The position numbers and the translations under genes are program-made. Of a stretch of 64,000 nt of DNA, positions 1 to 16,886 are shown in pieces. Location: positions 31,620,001-31,684,000 of the forward strand of contig OX597837.1 in assembly GCA_951406725.2 (NCBI GenBank), given 5' to 3'. The notes beneath the pieces are model-generated. The model made no database searches. It saw nothing but the letters and a program-made list of their open reading frames with translations, and was not told the origin of the DNA. Origin of the DNA: Octopus vulgaris. Taxonomy: Eukaryota. Every line of letters starts with the position of its first letter. The stretch's first letter is position 1.

Positions 1-21
1 ATCAAAAACATTTACAGATAA

Positions 22-173
<152 letters not shown>

Positions 174-249
174 CATGCATATAAAACACACACACACAAA
201 TATTTTCTATTTCTCTCTTTAATTTAAACTGTATTTTACCGGTCAACGA

Positions 250-938
250 CTTGATAGCAAGGTGGTGAAGGGATGTATCTTGATTGAACAGTCATCCTTT
301 AAACCCGGGGAAGGTCTTGCAGATTTATATAACCTCATATATCCTGATCATTTGCAGCATATAAATTAACGATTTGCATTCTCTCTCCAAGATTTGAAGT
401 TCAGTTACACTTTGCTTCAGACGGGATGATATGTGTCCTGTTATTCTAATAATAATAATAGTAACGAAGCTGGAAGTCTACCTCGGAAGCTGGGTTTGCA
501 ATAGACGGATGTCTTTATCAATGGTCCATAAGATATCCTCTTTCTCTTGTATTTTTCTAATCACATTCGTGTCCAAGTGGAAGCTGATTCCCACGAAAGA
601 ACATATAATTTCTTTGTGATCCCACACGACATCATGTGTCCGATTGTGGTTTAACTTGTGATTGTTTTAATTGAAAAGTTCTACCAATATTCCTTTGACA
701 AAGTGGTCTCAGTAGGGTCAAATCATTTTTCGATATTCTCTTGTTTTTCTTATCCTCTTCCAGACCATTCTGGCCACTGTTTCATGCCCCGCGAGGAGAT
801 AAGATCGCGAAGACATTCTGTCACAGTTGGCGATAAAGTGGTTAATATCTTCACTCTTGTACGTATGTATATGATTGTTCAGTTTTATTTCTAGATTTCT
901 TGCCAATAGAGAAAGAGCCGGTTTCTAAACTAGATTCA
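250..938 (-). mobile_element. Degenerate RLE-type (R4/Dong-like) non-LTR retrotransposon remnant
   Basis: The minus-strand peptide EDINHFIANCDRMSSRSYLLAGHETVARMVW resembles the zinc-knuckle/RHD region before restriction-like endonucleases. It abuts a (TATG)n array. Copies at ~28950-29614 and ~57220-57862. Confidence 0.5.
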
Positions 939-1061
939 ATGTATGTACGTATGTATGTATGTATGTATGTATGTATGTATGTATGTATGTATGTATGTAT
1001 GTATGTATGCATGAATATATGTATGTATGTATGTATGTATGTTTGCATGTATGTATGCGTG

Positions 1062-1095
<34 letters not shown>

Positions 1096-1149
1096 TGTAT
1101 GCATGAATATATGTATGTATGTATGTATGTATGCATGTATGTATGCGTG

Positions 1150-1184
<35 letters not shown>

Positions 1185-1633
1185 GTATGTATGGATGTAT
1201 GTATGTATGTATGTACTTACTTACGTATGTATGTACGTATGTATGCATGTGCAAATCTGTATGTTTTGCCTTAAATATGTATTCTTATGGATAAATCTAG
1301 ACATGCTCATATATATATTTCAACGATAAACTTCTGGAAAGTCCTGCAGATTTTTAAAGTTTCAGTGATGGATTGGATCTGTAGTCTTCGAATTAGCTTT
1401 CCCCATTCTGATTTTGAGAAGGCTAATTTCTCAAAATTTGTAATTACACAGTGTGTTACATATACCATGGCCCTAATAACGTATATATGTATGTACGCAT
1501 AAAATTATACTCATCTTTTTATATTATTGAATTCTTATAAATGAGTTGAACAATTTTTTTCCTTTTTAATTCCAAAACTGTGTGATGGCACTCAAGAAAT
1601 AAAGAAAACAAAAACAAAATAATTTTGCAAAGT

Positions 1634-1639
1634 TTTATT
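1634..1639 (-). terminator. Polyadenylation signal of gene B copy 1
   Basis: AATAAA on the - strand about 100 nt after the stop, followed by T/GT-rich sequence; copy 2 at 30557-30562. Confidence 0.65.
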
Positions 1640-1736
1640 GGAGAAACGTTTCGGAAGGAAGAGGAAATAATAAAAGGTTGTTTGAAGATCCAATTGGTAT
1701 GTCAGTTGTGTTTCAGTAGTGTTTCTTTCATCTCGT

Positions 1737-2957
1737 TTAAATAGTCTAAAACAAATATAAAATCGAATAAATATTAATTGTTAATCTTCCATAATATAAA
1801 TATATATTTATTATATCTTAACTGTAATAGGAATGCTCATACACGTTGTTGATGGTGCGTCGACTGCTTCTGCTGTTATTGGTGTTGATAAGAAATAATA
1901 GGTGGCGCCAGTAGCACAAGTATAGCAGCAGAAGCAACAGCGATAGCAACACCAGCAACATGTTATATATTTGCTCCAGCTGGGTTGATGTCAAATAACA
2001 TCATCAACATCAGTATTAGTAGCAGTAGTAGCAACAACAACAATGAACACAGTAATATCAACTGAAGTAGAGATATTTTGTTTCGCCAAGAAACCAAGAT
2101 AACTGAAAATATCAAATAAAGTAATATGACTTACAGCACATATTTGGTTAGAGATTTTTCCTGCACTCTTTTTGCAACCGGCGCCGACCATGCACTTTTT
2201 GAAGTCATGCACAACACTAGAAATATAAGAAATAAAATACATGAAATCAAAGAAGAAAAATTCTAGTTATTAATTGTTTTCCAATCATTAGTAATGAACA
2301 ACAGAGAATATATGAAATGTAAGGAAATTGCTATTTCGTTTTCAGTTTTATATTTTGGGGACAAACTAAAACCATTTTGTTTTGATATTTTATCTGATTG
2401 GGACGGATTGAATGTTAAAGTTGCCTACAGGTGTCTCCTAGAAATAGCTGCCGAATTTCCCTCGTATCATATCACCGTTATCAAAAATAGAGACTTCGGA
2501 TTTTCTGTGACACAAAGGTCTGGGTGAAACAAGTTGTATGTCACAGACCAGTCTGTGTACGTTTGGAAAAGGAACAATTTAATGCAGTGCCAAATAAATT
2601 TCAAAATGTCGATATCCCGTATCCTGGGAAATTGATGTCTCACTCGGTTCTATAATGGAATGAATTTAGAAGACTTAATGTCAGCCAATGAATATCGTGG
2701 TTTTAGTGGAAACGATTTTGAAAATTTGATATAATAAATATATAATTGGTTGATAGAAAAGAATTATATTTCTAGGATGAATAAATTAATGAGTGTATCA
2801 GTTAATGGAAAGAATCTAGCCCAGTTGTCGGTGTATGTGTGAGAGTCTATGATGTAGTTTTGGGAATTTAGCCCCTCCCAAAAATTTCTGAGACTATGAA
2901 AAAATTTGAAATTATTATTATTATCAATATAATTGTTATTATTATTTTGATTATTAT

Positions 2958-2988
<31 letters not shown>

Positions 2989-3826
2989 TTTATTATTATT
3001 ATTATTATTATTGATATTAATTTTATTATTATCATCAATAATAATGATAATAATAATGATGATGATGATGCTGATGATGACGATGATGATGATGACGACG
3101 ACGACTCACCCTTGCAGCAGATGATAACCGGCAGGGGCTGCTGGTGAAGCTAAGTATATGCACTTGACAGCTTGTTTAATGTCGCAACTGGTTTTAGGTC
3201 CTTGAGAAAAGAAAGCGGATATAGTCCCAATATCAATAATAATCATTAGAAGAATATGAGTAAAAGTAAATTAGTTCACAGTACTTGAACATACAAGTGT
3301 ATACACACAAGCATGTGTATACATATATATACGCACAAGCACACAGACACAGAGACACACACACACACACAAACACAAACACACACACATATATAATGTA
3401 ATATAATATAAATTGCCCAAACCCAGACATGGAATTCTGTATAATACTACTACTGAATAGCACAGGGTAAATCTGAAGGTGGCCAAGCTCTATACTGTAA
3501 TCGACTTCGTATTTACAGAATATAGCATAACTATATATATGAGTGAGAGAGCAGTGCATGTCATAATAGTGATACTGTGGTTACAAATATACGAAGCCCA
3601 ATATACCCACCATGACTCCGTGTCTGATAAGGGTATATCAAACACATGCATCACACACCATGTGTACGTCACTTGTTGATTTTATATCAAAGTAAACAAC
3701 GGCAGACAATGCAGGTGGGGCATAGTCAGATTTTTGTTTCTATGTTGAGGAGCCTATCCCACACAAAATGTCCCTGGGTAATGTTTATTGAGAATGTTGA
3801 ACAAAACACCCATGCTTCCACCCATG

Positions 3827-3909
<83 letters not shown>

Positions 3910-3959
3910 CATATACATATATACATATACATATATACATATACATATATATATACATA

Positions 3960-4033
<74 letters not shown>

Positions 4034-5193
4034 ACATATGTTGTATGTAATGATAAAAATAATGCTAGTGTGGAATTTATATTTTATACATCGCTACGTA
4101 CGTTTCCACAAGTGAAATGATTTTGATATCAGAGTCGGTATCATTGAGATTAGTATAGTATAATCCGTATTATCCTTGGGCGTCATCATTGGCCCATTTC
4201 ATTAAGCGATTTTTATATTTGGATGAATCACAGAGGGATGTTTATCCATTCTTGCCAGTATTTCTGTTATCATTATATTTATCCGACATTATATCGGTAT
4301 AACCATGATGTAATCTGACTCACAACTCAGTATCATTAAACGCTAACCGGCAAACACACATACACATACATACACACAAAACCACACACACACACAAACA
4401 CACACACACACACAATTATATGTATATCTCTATGAGTATAATCTGCACATTTGTGTATACATGTGGAAGAGATAAGAATGTAAAATTGTTCCATAGCTAC
4501 ACAATTATTCCGTATCTAAACATTTGAATGGAATTAAATAAACCTAAAACTCACCACAAAGTTTGGCAAAAAGTTTATCTGCAAGGCTCATATCACATCC
4601 GATGCCAGTGATACATTTATCAGCTGCGCCGATAGCGCTGCAAAACAGAAGAAATTAATTTTTATTACATGGTATTGCTACGAAAACGGGCATATATTTT
4701 TCTTTACTACCCACAAGAGGCTAAACACAGAGAGGACAAACAAGGATAGACAAAGGGATTAAGTCGATTACATCGACCCCAGTGCGTGACTGGTACTTAA
4801 TTCATCGACCCCGAAAGATGAAAGGCAAAGTTGACCTCGGCGAAATTTGAACTCGGAACGTAACGACAGACGAAATACGGCGACGCATTTCGCCCGGCGT
4901 GCAAACGTTGCTGCCAACTCGCCGCCCTCAAAAACGGGCATATAAATACAAATATACATCTGTAATTATAAAGTAAAATACTCACACACACATACAGGAA
5001 CACAAACACTCACACTCATTCAGATTGAAGCTCACACACACATGTGACAATACGTACCAGAACCCTATTTCGCACACATAGAAATGAATATACACCGCCC
5101 TTGTATAAATACGTATGTATACATGTAAATATTATTAGAATATATGAACTTACACATATGTGCACACACTTATATACAGCATTATATGTACGT

Positions 5194-5254
<61 letters not shown>

Positions 5255-5470
5255 TACGTTACATGTACATATATACATATATATACATACATATATGCAA
5301 ATATATGTAAATATGTGCGTATATATATATATGTATATATATATGTGTATATATATATATACATATGTATATATATATATATGTATATACACAAACACAC
5401 ATATATATATGAACATACATTACATATATACGTATAGATAAATATATTTGTGTACACACATAAATATATA

Positions 5471-5517
<47 letters not shown>

Positions 5518-5577
5518 TGAATTCCCCTAAAGTAACAGTATGTGTTTTGCTTGCTTATTCTCTCTTCTCAACAGATT

Positions 5578-5626
<49 letters not shown>

Positions 5627-5652
5627 ATAAGAGTATATAAATAGATATATAT

Positions 5653-5683
<31 letters not shown>

Positions 5684-5772
5684 AATGTATACATAAATAT
5701 ATATCTATATATATATATTAAACACAAAGTAAATTAGGGGAAATGGGTGCAACCCACTAAGGGATAGTATTT

Positions 5773-5817
<45 letters not shown>

Positions 5818-6413
5818 AGGCTGGAGAGTTTCTATTTTAGATATATTTGGGGTACTTAATCGTGCTCATGAGTGTTTGCTTCTTCCATGGGTATGAGTAT
5901 TTCATTTGCCGCATTTATCATTGAGGAAAGGAGGGTTCTTATGAACTAATCATGATATCTGTCCGATATGGTAATAAGGGAATTTTTAGAAATTTCTCTC
6001 GACCTTTTTCGAGTAGCGTACTTGTTGTGATGAATTATATGGTTATGGACAATGTGTCTAGTTTCGGCATATTTGGCGTTGAAAATTCTTTCGTTTGCTC
6101 TCACTTATAAGTTGTTCATATATATATATATATATATATTCATACATTATATTATATATGTATATCTAACTACAAACGTGTTTGCGTGTATATTGGCATA
6201 TCTGTGTATGCCTTTATGTGTATCTATGATTGTTTATATATTTTAAGTGTATATGTATGTATTTGTGTGTATGTGTTTATATATATATATGTAAATGTAT
6301 GTACGTATGTATATTTATATAAGTATATATATACATATACATATTTTTATATATATTTTATATATATACGTAAATGATAGTACGTATGTATATTTATATA
6401 ATTATATATATAC

Positions 6414-6445
<32 letters not shown>

Positions 6446-6613
6446 ATATATATATACATATACATATTTATATATATATATATATATGTACATATATATA
6501 GATATATAGATGTATATATATATATATACATATATATATGCATATATATATAAACTTATACAAATATACATCGATGTGTGTTATAATATCCCAACTTATA
6601 TTTTTATGTGCAT

Positions 6614-6646
<33 letters not shown>

Positions 6647-7814
6647 AACACACACACTCTGACTTACTCATATACAAGCATGCGTGTATAAGCATTATGG
6701 ACACAATGTATACAAGAAAAAACATTTACTTGCAGATCTGGTGATTTGTTGGATGAGGAGTAAAGTGAACTTTCGGGATACATCCCAGAATTCCCTGCAT
6801 GGTGCAGGCGGCATTTGCTCCTGGAAGGTAAGAAATAATTGGACAAAATAAATAAGGTTACTTTGAAATATTTGTATATAATTGGCACCATTTATTGTCG
6901 TTATTATAATTCTAATTGTGTATTTCCTCTCCAAGTAGCTATAATTCCACTGCACAAAGTTTGATATTAGAGTCCGCAGCGTTTGCAGACTTACATCAAA
7001 CAGGAGTGTTTCAAGTTAAATACTCGTACAACATACAGAAAGTGATCTGCCTCGTACAATTTATTAACTATTGTACCATGTTAAAATGTTAAGGCTCATT
7101 GAAAGCTGTCAGCAACACACGGAGACAACAGTGACAGATTGTAGTCTAGAAACTATAGCCATTTACTTCAACAGTAGCTATAGTGTGAAGAAGAAATCGT
7201 TGAAGGAACAAGAGACAATAGGTCACAAAACCTTGCCCATCTACACATAAGCTAACACTCACTGGCAGGCTAGCATTAAAATGTGTTTATACGTATAATA
7301 TATTTTAAATATACATATTTGTATATATGTCTGTATATCTTGTATTACATATATATACATATATAATCTACATATACATGTGTGTAAAAATTATATATAT
7401 ATATCATTTATACCTATATGAGTGAGTGTATTGAACAATGCAATCATTATATTAATTTAAAGATAGAAGAAATTCATGTTGTCGCTATTGTAGCTAAGAA
7501 TGGGCTACACTTCCAAGAATCGCTCGAAACCTATTGGGGTCACGGTGTTGTAAGGGATTGTAATTCATTTCTAATTCATTTATCACTCTATCAACTACTA
7601 AACTGATGTAATGATTGCATTGTTCAATTAAATGGAACCGCTTGATACGTTCGTACTGCATCACTACTTGATATCCTGTTGCTTATCTTGACATATATAT
7701 GTATTATTACATATACAATGTTTACACAAACATATATATATATACACACAATATTTATATAACGATCACACACACACACATATATATATATATACATATA
7801 TAATAAATACATAG

Positions 7815-7846
<32 letters not shown>

Positions 7847-7860
7847 ATATATTCAAATAG

Positions 7861-7904
<44 letters not shown>

Positions 7905-8486
7905 ATAAACATTGTTTCCAGGTCTTCGAACTTGTACAACCGGCTACTCTGTGGAAGTGATCGAGATCTCAACGTTCCCACCAGCTATGTGGGTCTCCAG
8001 TCTGTGGTATGTCCACTTATTTGTAGCTGAGTGGACCGGAGCAAAGTGAAATGAAGTGTTTTGCTCAATTACACAACGTTGCGCGGAGAAATCGAAACCA
8101 TACTCTTGCTATCGTGAGTCCAACACACAAAACACTAGGCCGTGCACCTTCGCTGCATATGTGTGTAATGAAGACAAGGAAGAGGGATTGTGTCGACGGC
8201 ACCGAAGCTTCGTTAGAAGGAATATGACGGATCAACTGATATATGTATCAGCTTCTCAAGTCTTCTGAATGCCGCTTGCTTCATTAATTGCATCTACGAA
8301 ACGAAAACCTATACAGGAGCAATATAAACACACCGCATATATAATCATATACAACAGGATTAATAAACATATATACGTGATACTTAATGCTTCTTCAAAT
8401 TTAAATAACAACATCATCTAAGAGAATGACATAGAAGCGGACTTACCGACAATGCAGATGGCGACAAGTACGATAAACTTCAACAT
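1737..8486 (-). CDS. Gene B copy 1: six-exon secreted cysteine-rich protein, 131 aa (uncharacterised family)
   Basis: Exons (-): 8486-8447, 6820-6730, 4637-4555, 3200-3110, 2216-2135, 1745-1737. All introns are GT-AG with pyrimidine tracts, phases 1,2,1,2,0, and the frame is open. Translation: [131 protein letters not shown]. Signal-peptide-like N-terminus, upstream TATA, downstream AATAAA. Confidence 0.9.
4697..4930 (-). mobile_element. tRNA-derived SINE with 14-bp target-site duplication (intron 2 of gene B)
   Basis: tRNA-like head (GGCGGCGAGTTGGCAG...GAGTTCAAAT) and core GCCTTTCATCTTTCGGGGTCGATGAATTAAGTACCAG, flanked by AAAACGGGCATATA at 4683-4696 and 4931-4944. Copies at ~33608-33840 and ~61880-62110. 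Confidence 0.8.
8020..8145 (-). mobile_element. Degenerate SINE fragment in intron 1 of gene B
   Basis: Reverse complement resembles the SINE at 15733 (TTGAGCAA..CACTT...TTGCTCC.GT.CACTCAGCT). Confidence 0.55.
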
Positions 8487-8568
8487 TCTTGATAGATTTT
8501 TATCTTCTCGGAGACGGTCTCTTCAGCTGTGTTGTGATGTGAGTGTTTTACAAGCAGCAATAAGGCAT

Positions 8569-8575
8569 ATTTATA
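8569..8575 (-). promoter_or_regulatory. TATA box of gene B copy 1
   Basis: TATAAAT on the - strand about 85 bp upstream of the ATG at 8486; also present in copy 2. Confidence 0.65.
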
Positions 8576-9559
8576 AGAGTGGAACGTTGAATCGATAGGC
8601 TAATTTATTCATTGAAATATCTTTGAATGAAAGACTTGCACAAAAAGAGTGTAACATATGTCACAAGGTCTTTTTCATAATCTATATGGAGGCTTTGAAT
8701 TTCATTTCTCTTCATTATCGAAAGTTGATTTTAATTACATTAATTAGATGTTATTGATTAATTATTTACAATAATAATTCTTTTAGCTGAAATAATTCTT
8801 TACAAAATGTGACACATTAAATGAAATGTTAATTTGTTTCTAAATTATTCAAAATAAATGTTAAGGTTTCGAAATCAGAATGGGTGAAATATCTATATAT
8901 GATATTTATTAACTTTTATCAACTGACCAAGTATCAAGATTTTAATCTTGTTAATGAAAGATATTTCAATTTTATTTCAATATTTGTTTCCTCATAAAGT
9001 GATATCTGTCATCGTTAATCTTTGAATAATAAATTCCTTTGCATATATAGGTATAAATCTTCATACAAGTTAATTAATTACCTTGATACTTTCTTTAAAT
9101 ACATTTTAAGAAATATCCATTTGTACCTATATGACAGATTCTAATTCTTGAAAATTTCCAATATAATCAGTAAAACGGATAAAGGAATATTTTTTTTCAT
9201 ATAAATATTTCGAAGATATCATACAGGATTAACAGATAAACATTTATAATCCGTAACTTTGTTGATATAAAGAATAAAATTTAAAGACAAACTAATTCTG
9301 GTGGTCATTATTGAATCATGAAATTAGTTTAAATTTAGGTTATTTTTAATTCTACTTTTCGAGTTCAAAATTTCTCAATCTAATTACCAGTTTTTTCTTG
9401 CAAAAAATTACAGAGATAAGGAGAGTGATTTTGAAATATTTTACCTGTAATTATATAGATCTATACTGAAGTGTGAGCAGCCACTACATTTGAAATATTC
9501 AGAATTATAAGTCAATAGTAGTAGAGAGAAGAAAAAAGATAATGTTAAGGAGGAATCTA

Positions 9560-9900
9560 CGGGGCCAGCTCCACAGAATCACAAACTTTGAGTGGTGTCC
9601 CTCAGGGCACAGTCTTAAGACCATTACTATTCATAGTATCCCTCTCATATATGCCCTGATTCACATAGCGAACCACTCTCACAATTTATGCACATGACTT
9701 AAAAGTTTCACAGGTTACAAAGAACGCTGAATAGGTCATGCACCTTGGGCTGAAGGCAATAATATGCCGTTTAATGAGTAAGAACTCTAAGATTTGCGCT
9801 ATTATCTGACAAAGTTCAATGCAATCCGGATAAAATATACTGGATCTAGAGGGATTACAGTTCTAGAATCACAAACGGTTTGTGATCTGGGTACTGATCT
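9560..9900 (+). mobile_element. Old degenerate LINE, RT fragment (5' part, interrupted by a younger LINE)
   Basis: Reads SGVPQGTVLRPLLFIV at ~9590 and ends at a DLG-like motif; many stops and indels. Confidence 0.6.
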
Positions 9901-9904
9901 GGGC

Positions 9905-12308
9905 ACTGATACTCGAAGCGATAAGATTCGTTTCAGCTTCGCATGACTGTTTGGTACTAGGAGACTTCAACGCTCCCACGATCGATTGGCCCGCATCAAT
10001 TTGTACAACATCTTCCCGGTTCGGCCAGGCCCTTCTTGACGTGGCTAAAGATTGTTTTCTATCGCAACATGTTGAATATCCGACAAGGCATCGGTCTGGG
10101 CAGCAGCCATCTATGCAGGATCTGGTATTCTCCCGCTATCCAACATCAGTGTCAGACGTATCTGTGTGCGCCCCTCTTGCCAAGAGTGATCATGCGGTCC
10201 TGAAGTTCGTCATGCACACAACTTTTTCTATGCCCACGACTACTTCGCTGCCACGTAGAGTCTTCTCTGCAATTAATCTTGAAATTCTAACCGAGGCTTC
10301 CGCGCTTCTGGACTGGCGATCCCTGATGACGTTGCCCTCAGTTGACGAACTATGGTCATCCCTCAAAGCATATGTAATCTGGTTGACTGACCAGGCAGTT
10401 CCCGTTGGGCTTCCCAAGAAGAAGAAACACAAGCCCTGGGTGACGAAGAAGGTTAAACGAGAACGTCGACTCAGAGATATTGCTTGGGCTGAATTCAAAA
10501 ACTGGATTCGACTGCTGCTTTTGAGGTGTACAAAACTCAACGAGATCGAGCCGTGAAAATTGAAAAGGAAGAACGCTTCAGTTATGAATACAAAATCGCG
10601 GCAAATGCCAGTAGCAATCCAAAAACCTTCTTTGCCCATGTCCAACGGAATTCCCGCTTGAACAACCAGATTGCAACGTTGGTAGACTCAACAGGCGTAT
10701 CGATTGAGGACCCTTATCAACAGAGTCAATTATTTGCCGAGGCTTCTTCAACTATTTTCAAACAAGATGATGGTCGTGAACCCCCTCCATTTGATAGATC
10801 GGTACCACCAATGCCTAGATTGGTCATCACGCGGGACGAAGTCAAACGTGCTATTCAATGCCTTGATGTCAACAAGGGTCACGGCCCTGATGGCATACAC
10901 CCACGGGTTATCAAAGCGTTGGCTCCGGTCATCTGCGAGCCCTTAACACGTCTATTCAATATGTCATTGGCGACGGGTGTTATACCTGCGGACTGGAGAA
11001 CAGCGATAATCTGCCCAATTTTCAAGAAAGGGAGCCGCGAAGACCCGCTTAACTACCGACCGGTTTCCCTTACATCAATAATCAGCAAGATGTTCGAAAC
11101 CATCCTTAAGAAAAGTATGATGCTCCACCTCCAAAACACAGCCTCTATCTCTGATTCCCAACACGGCTTCGTGCCGAAGAGACCAGGCTTGACCAACTTA
11201 CTGGTAATGGAAGAATTGGTGACGCGCATCCTCGATGATAGTGATGCTGTTGACATCGTTTTATTGGACTTTGCCAAAGCTTTTGACTCGGTAAACCACC
11301 GCCTATTACTTGTCAAGCTTCAAGCATATACTTTCCATCCGGATATTGTACGATGGGTTGGTGCCTTCCTCTCAGATCGCTCCTTCCAAGTCCAAGTTAA
11401 TGGTTCGCGGTCCGACGTCTCCAGTGCGAGCAGTGGCGTGCCTCAAGGTTCAGTGCTTGGGCCCTTATTGTTCTTAGTCTTCATAAATGACTTGCCCGAC
11501 GACCTCACGCAACACACCCTTCTATTTGCCGACGATATCAAACTGGTCGCTCCTCGCGGTGATATAGAGGATCTTCGTCGATGCCTCCACCAAATTTGGA
11601 AGTGGTCTAACGAATGGGACCTGTGTCTGAACGTGTCAAAGTGCTGTCATCTGCCTGTTGGCTCTCCTCCTGCAGCTCAACTTGATTTCGAGCTGGGTCG
11701 TCTGCTGCTGGAGAGGACCAATCAGGTAAAGGACCTGGGTATCTTGGTGGATTCCTCCTTTTCGCCTTCGGCCCAGTGCGTCCATGTTGCCAACAAAGCA
11801 CGCGGAATTCTGTTCTTGATTCGACGGTCATTCGGAATGCTCACAGCAGCCATATTCCTACAACTCTATGTCACGCTGGTGAGACCCATATTGGAGTACG
11901 GGATTCAAGCCTCTTCTCCTTATCTCCTCAAAGACATACAGCATCTCGAAAGAGTCCAGAAGCTGGCTACCCGCATGGTTCATGGTCTCAAAAATTTGTC
12001 CTATGAAGAAAGGCTGAGGACGCTCGACCTTTATTCTCTTGAAAAACGCCACCGCTGTGGTGATCTCATTCTCGCCCACAACATCATAAGCGGAAAGTGT
12101 AACCTCTCGAAAGAGCTGTTCTTCACTCCTGCTCCAGAGCGTCGGCTGCGGGGTCATTCCGAAAAGCTCTACCTGCGACGATTTCATCTCAATCGAAGGA
12201 GAGGAGCTTTCTCCGTCCGGGTTGCGGATCCGTGGAACAAGCTGCCAGACGAGATGGTGAAGATGCCGACGACCGCTTTGTTCAAAGCCTCCCTTGACCT
12301 CAAGTGGC

Positions 12309-12372
<64 letters not shown>
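9905..12372 (+). mobile_element. 5'-truncated CR1/L2-type LINE (APE endonuclease remnant + reverse transcriptase) with (TAAC)n tail
   Basis: Endonuclease motifs LGDFN, DLVFS and SDH; RT motifs NYRPVSLTS, QHGF, LDFAKAFDSV, GVPQGSVLGP, LFADD and DLG. One frameshift near 10500; 596-aa RT ORF at 10526-12316; TAAC tandem tail. Confidence 0.92.
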
Positions 12373-12564
12373 GTTACGCATTCTTCCATATGCATATTAT
12401 TAAGTAGGCAATGATAAGCGGGCAGTTGGCCGAATGGATTCTTATAACGTTTAGAGGAGAGCAGGAAATCATGATGGTCCTCTGGAGGACATTTTGTCTT
12501 AAGCTGTTTTGTTTGTTGCTTCCAAATATGGTCAATGCACATTGTAGAATTAACAGCGTACCTG

Positions 12565-15212
<2,648 letters not shown>

Positions 15213-15681
15213 CAGTAGTCTTTCAAATTATTGTAACATTGTTTTGTTTTATTTACAAATTACGCGTTGGAATACAACGTAACATCCACAGAATGATAGT
15301 AAGAGTTTTATGCGTGTGGGGGCATAAAAACCTGAGACTTTGCTCTAGTGTAGACAAACCTCGACCATTTGCATGATGACCACTACGTGGACATCAAAGG
15401 AATACTGATGAGCTACGGACAATTACGCAAGTAATTTGCGTAAATGTTAATAGCGAAATTAGCTTATGATAAATCTATATTTTGTTTCTTTTCATTTGTC
15501 TTGCTCGCTTACATTCTGGCGTTTGTTAAACTTTGTTGAGAACATTCCTTTCTTAGTGGTAAGACCATAGCGGAACTACTTCTAGCATAATGGATGTCCA
15601 CGTAGAGTTTATCTCTCTTATATGAATGTAATATATTTTTTCTGAATCTTCAGGTTTTCATATAGTTTAAATTCATATATG

Positions 15682-15732
<51 letters not shown>

Positions 15733-15734
<2 letters not shown>

Positions 15735-16028
15735 TTGTGAGCTCGAATCCCGGACCGGGCTGCGTGTTGTGTTCTTGAGCAAGGCACTTTATTTCACGTT
15801 GCTCCAGTTCACTCAGCTGTAGAAATGAGTTGCGACGTCACTAGTGCCAAGCTGTATCGACCTTTGTCTTTCCCTTGGATAACACTGGTGGCGTGGAGAG
15901 GGAAGGCTGGTATGCATGGGCGACTGCTGGTCTTCCATAAACAACCTTGCCCGGACTTGTGTCTAGAAGGGTAACTTTCTAGGTGCAATCCCATGGTCAT
16001 TCATGACCGAAGGGGGTCTTTACCCTTT
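15733..16028 (+). mobile_element. SINE (5'-truncated tRNA head) inserted in (TA)n
   Basis: B-box-like GAGCTCGAATCCC, then GTGTTCTTGAGCAAGGCACTT...CACTCAGCTG and a TTTACC-type tail; copy at ~42976-43268. Confidence 0.75.
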
Positions 16029-16039
16029 TATATATATAT

Positions 16040-16542
16040 GTAAAAAGAAGTTTGAAAGCGCCACTATATTAGATAAATTCTAATTTTCTTATGAATTTTA
16101 CATGTTTCGGTTCTTGAAAAAACGAACCTTTTCAAAAATATTATAAAAAGTGCAATAGAAAAGTTCTTAGTTGTTTCTTACTGGTCTCAATAGAATCCGT
16201 GTGGTGGTGTTTTGTTGGTAGGTGGTATAATCGCTATATTATAGTTGCGGGGTTGCCACTATTCCATTGGAACACAAGCACGGTTCCTTTTGATAACAGC
16301 AAGAAAGAATAATGAACTTCTTTACTACACGCAACTATAATATAGCGATTATACCAACTACCGACAAAACACCACCACACGGATTCTATTGAGACCAGTA
16401 AGAAACAACTATGAACTTTTCTATTGCACTTTTTATAATATTTTTGATAAGGTTCGTGTTTTTTCAAGAACCGAAACATGTAAAATTCATAAGAAAATTA
16501 AAATTTATCTAATATAGTGGCGTTTTCAAACTTCTTTTTTAC
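16040..16542. repeat. Long inverted repeat (~210-bp arms, ~80-bp spacer)
   Basis: 16040-16249 is the near-perfect reverse complement of 16330-16542; copy at ~43279-43779. Confidence 0.9.
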
Positions 16543-16577
16543 AAATATATACCCACTCGTACACGATCTACTCTTAT

Positions 16578-16615
<38 letters not shown>

Positions 16616-16839
16616 TACCTATTTAATAAATGCGCCCTTTTCCCGACTAACCAGTTTCATGGGCCCGGTTTCTCGGTTTCAATGGCGTATGTGTTCCCCA
16701 GCTGGATGACCAGCGATGTGTAGCAAAATCTGATAGCCTGGACGGTCACGGTGATCACGGTTATCACGGTGATATTCATGTATATATATGTATACGTATA
16801 TATGTGTATATATATATATGTGTGTGTATGTATGTATAT

Positions 16840-16886
<47 letters not shown>

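Noticed and set aside
851-1329. Many ORFs of YIYI/MYVC/HTYI/IYLS type here and throughout the window
   Set aside because: Translations of stop-free microsatellites, not genes.
1991-2242. 83-aa ORF as a stand-alone gene
   Set aside because: Only 2135-2216 is coding (exon 5 of gene B); the rest is intron read-through.
2896-3147. Poly-Ile/Asn/Asp ORF on the + strand
   Set aside because: (ATT)n/(GAT)n microsatellite in intron 4 of gene B, antisense to the real exon.
10190-12187. Antisense and alternate-frame ORFs over the LINE
   Set aside because: Shadows of the RT coding sequence with no independent signals.
10526-12316. RT ORF as a domesticated gene or retron-like system linked to the gene pair
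   Set aside because: Ordinary 5'-truncated LINE with a tandem tail; it is frameshifted and has decayed further in unit 2.
16741-16773. Short (TCACGGTGA)-like tandem repeat
   Set aside because: Only about three imperfect copies with no supporting context.
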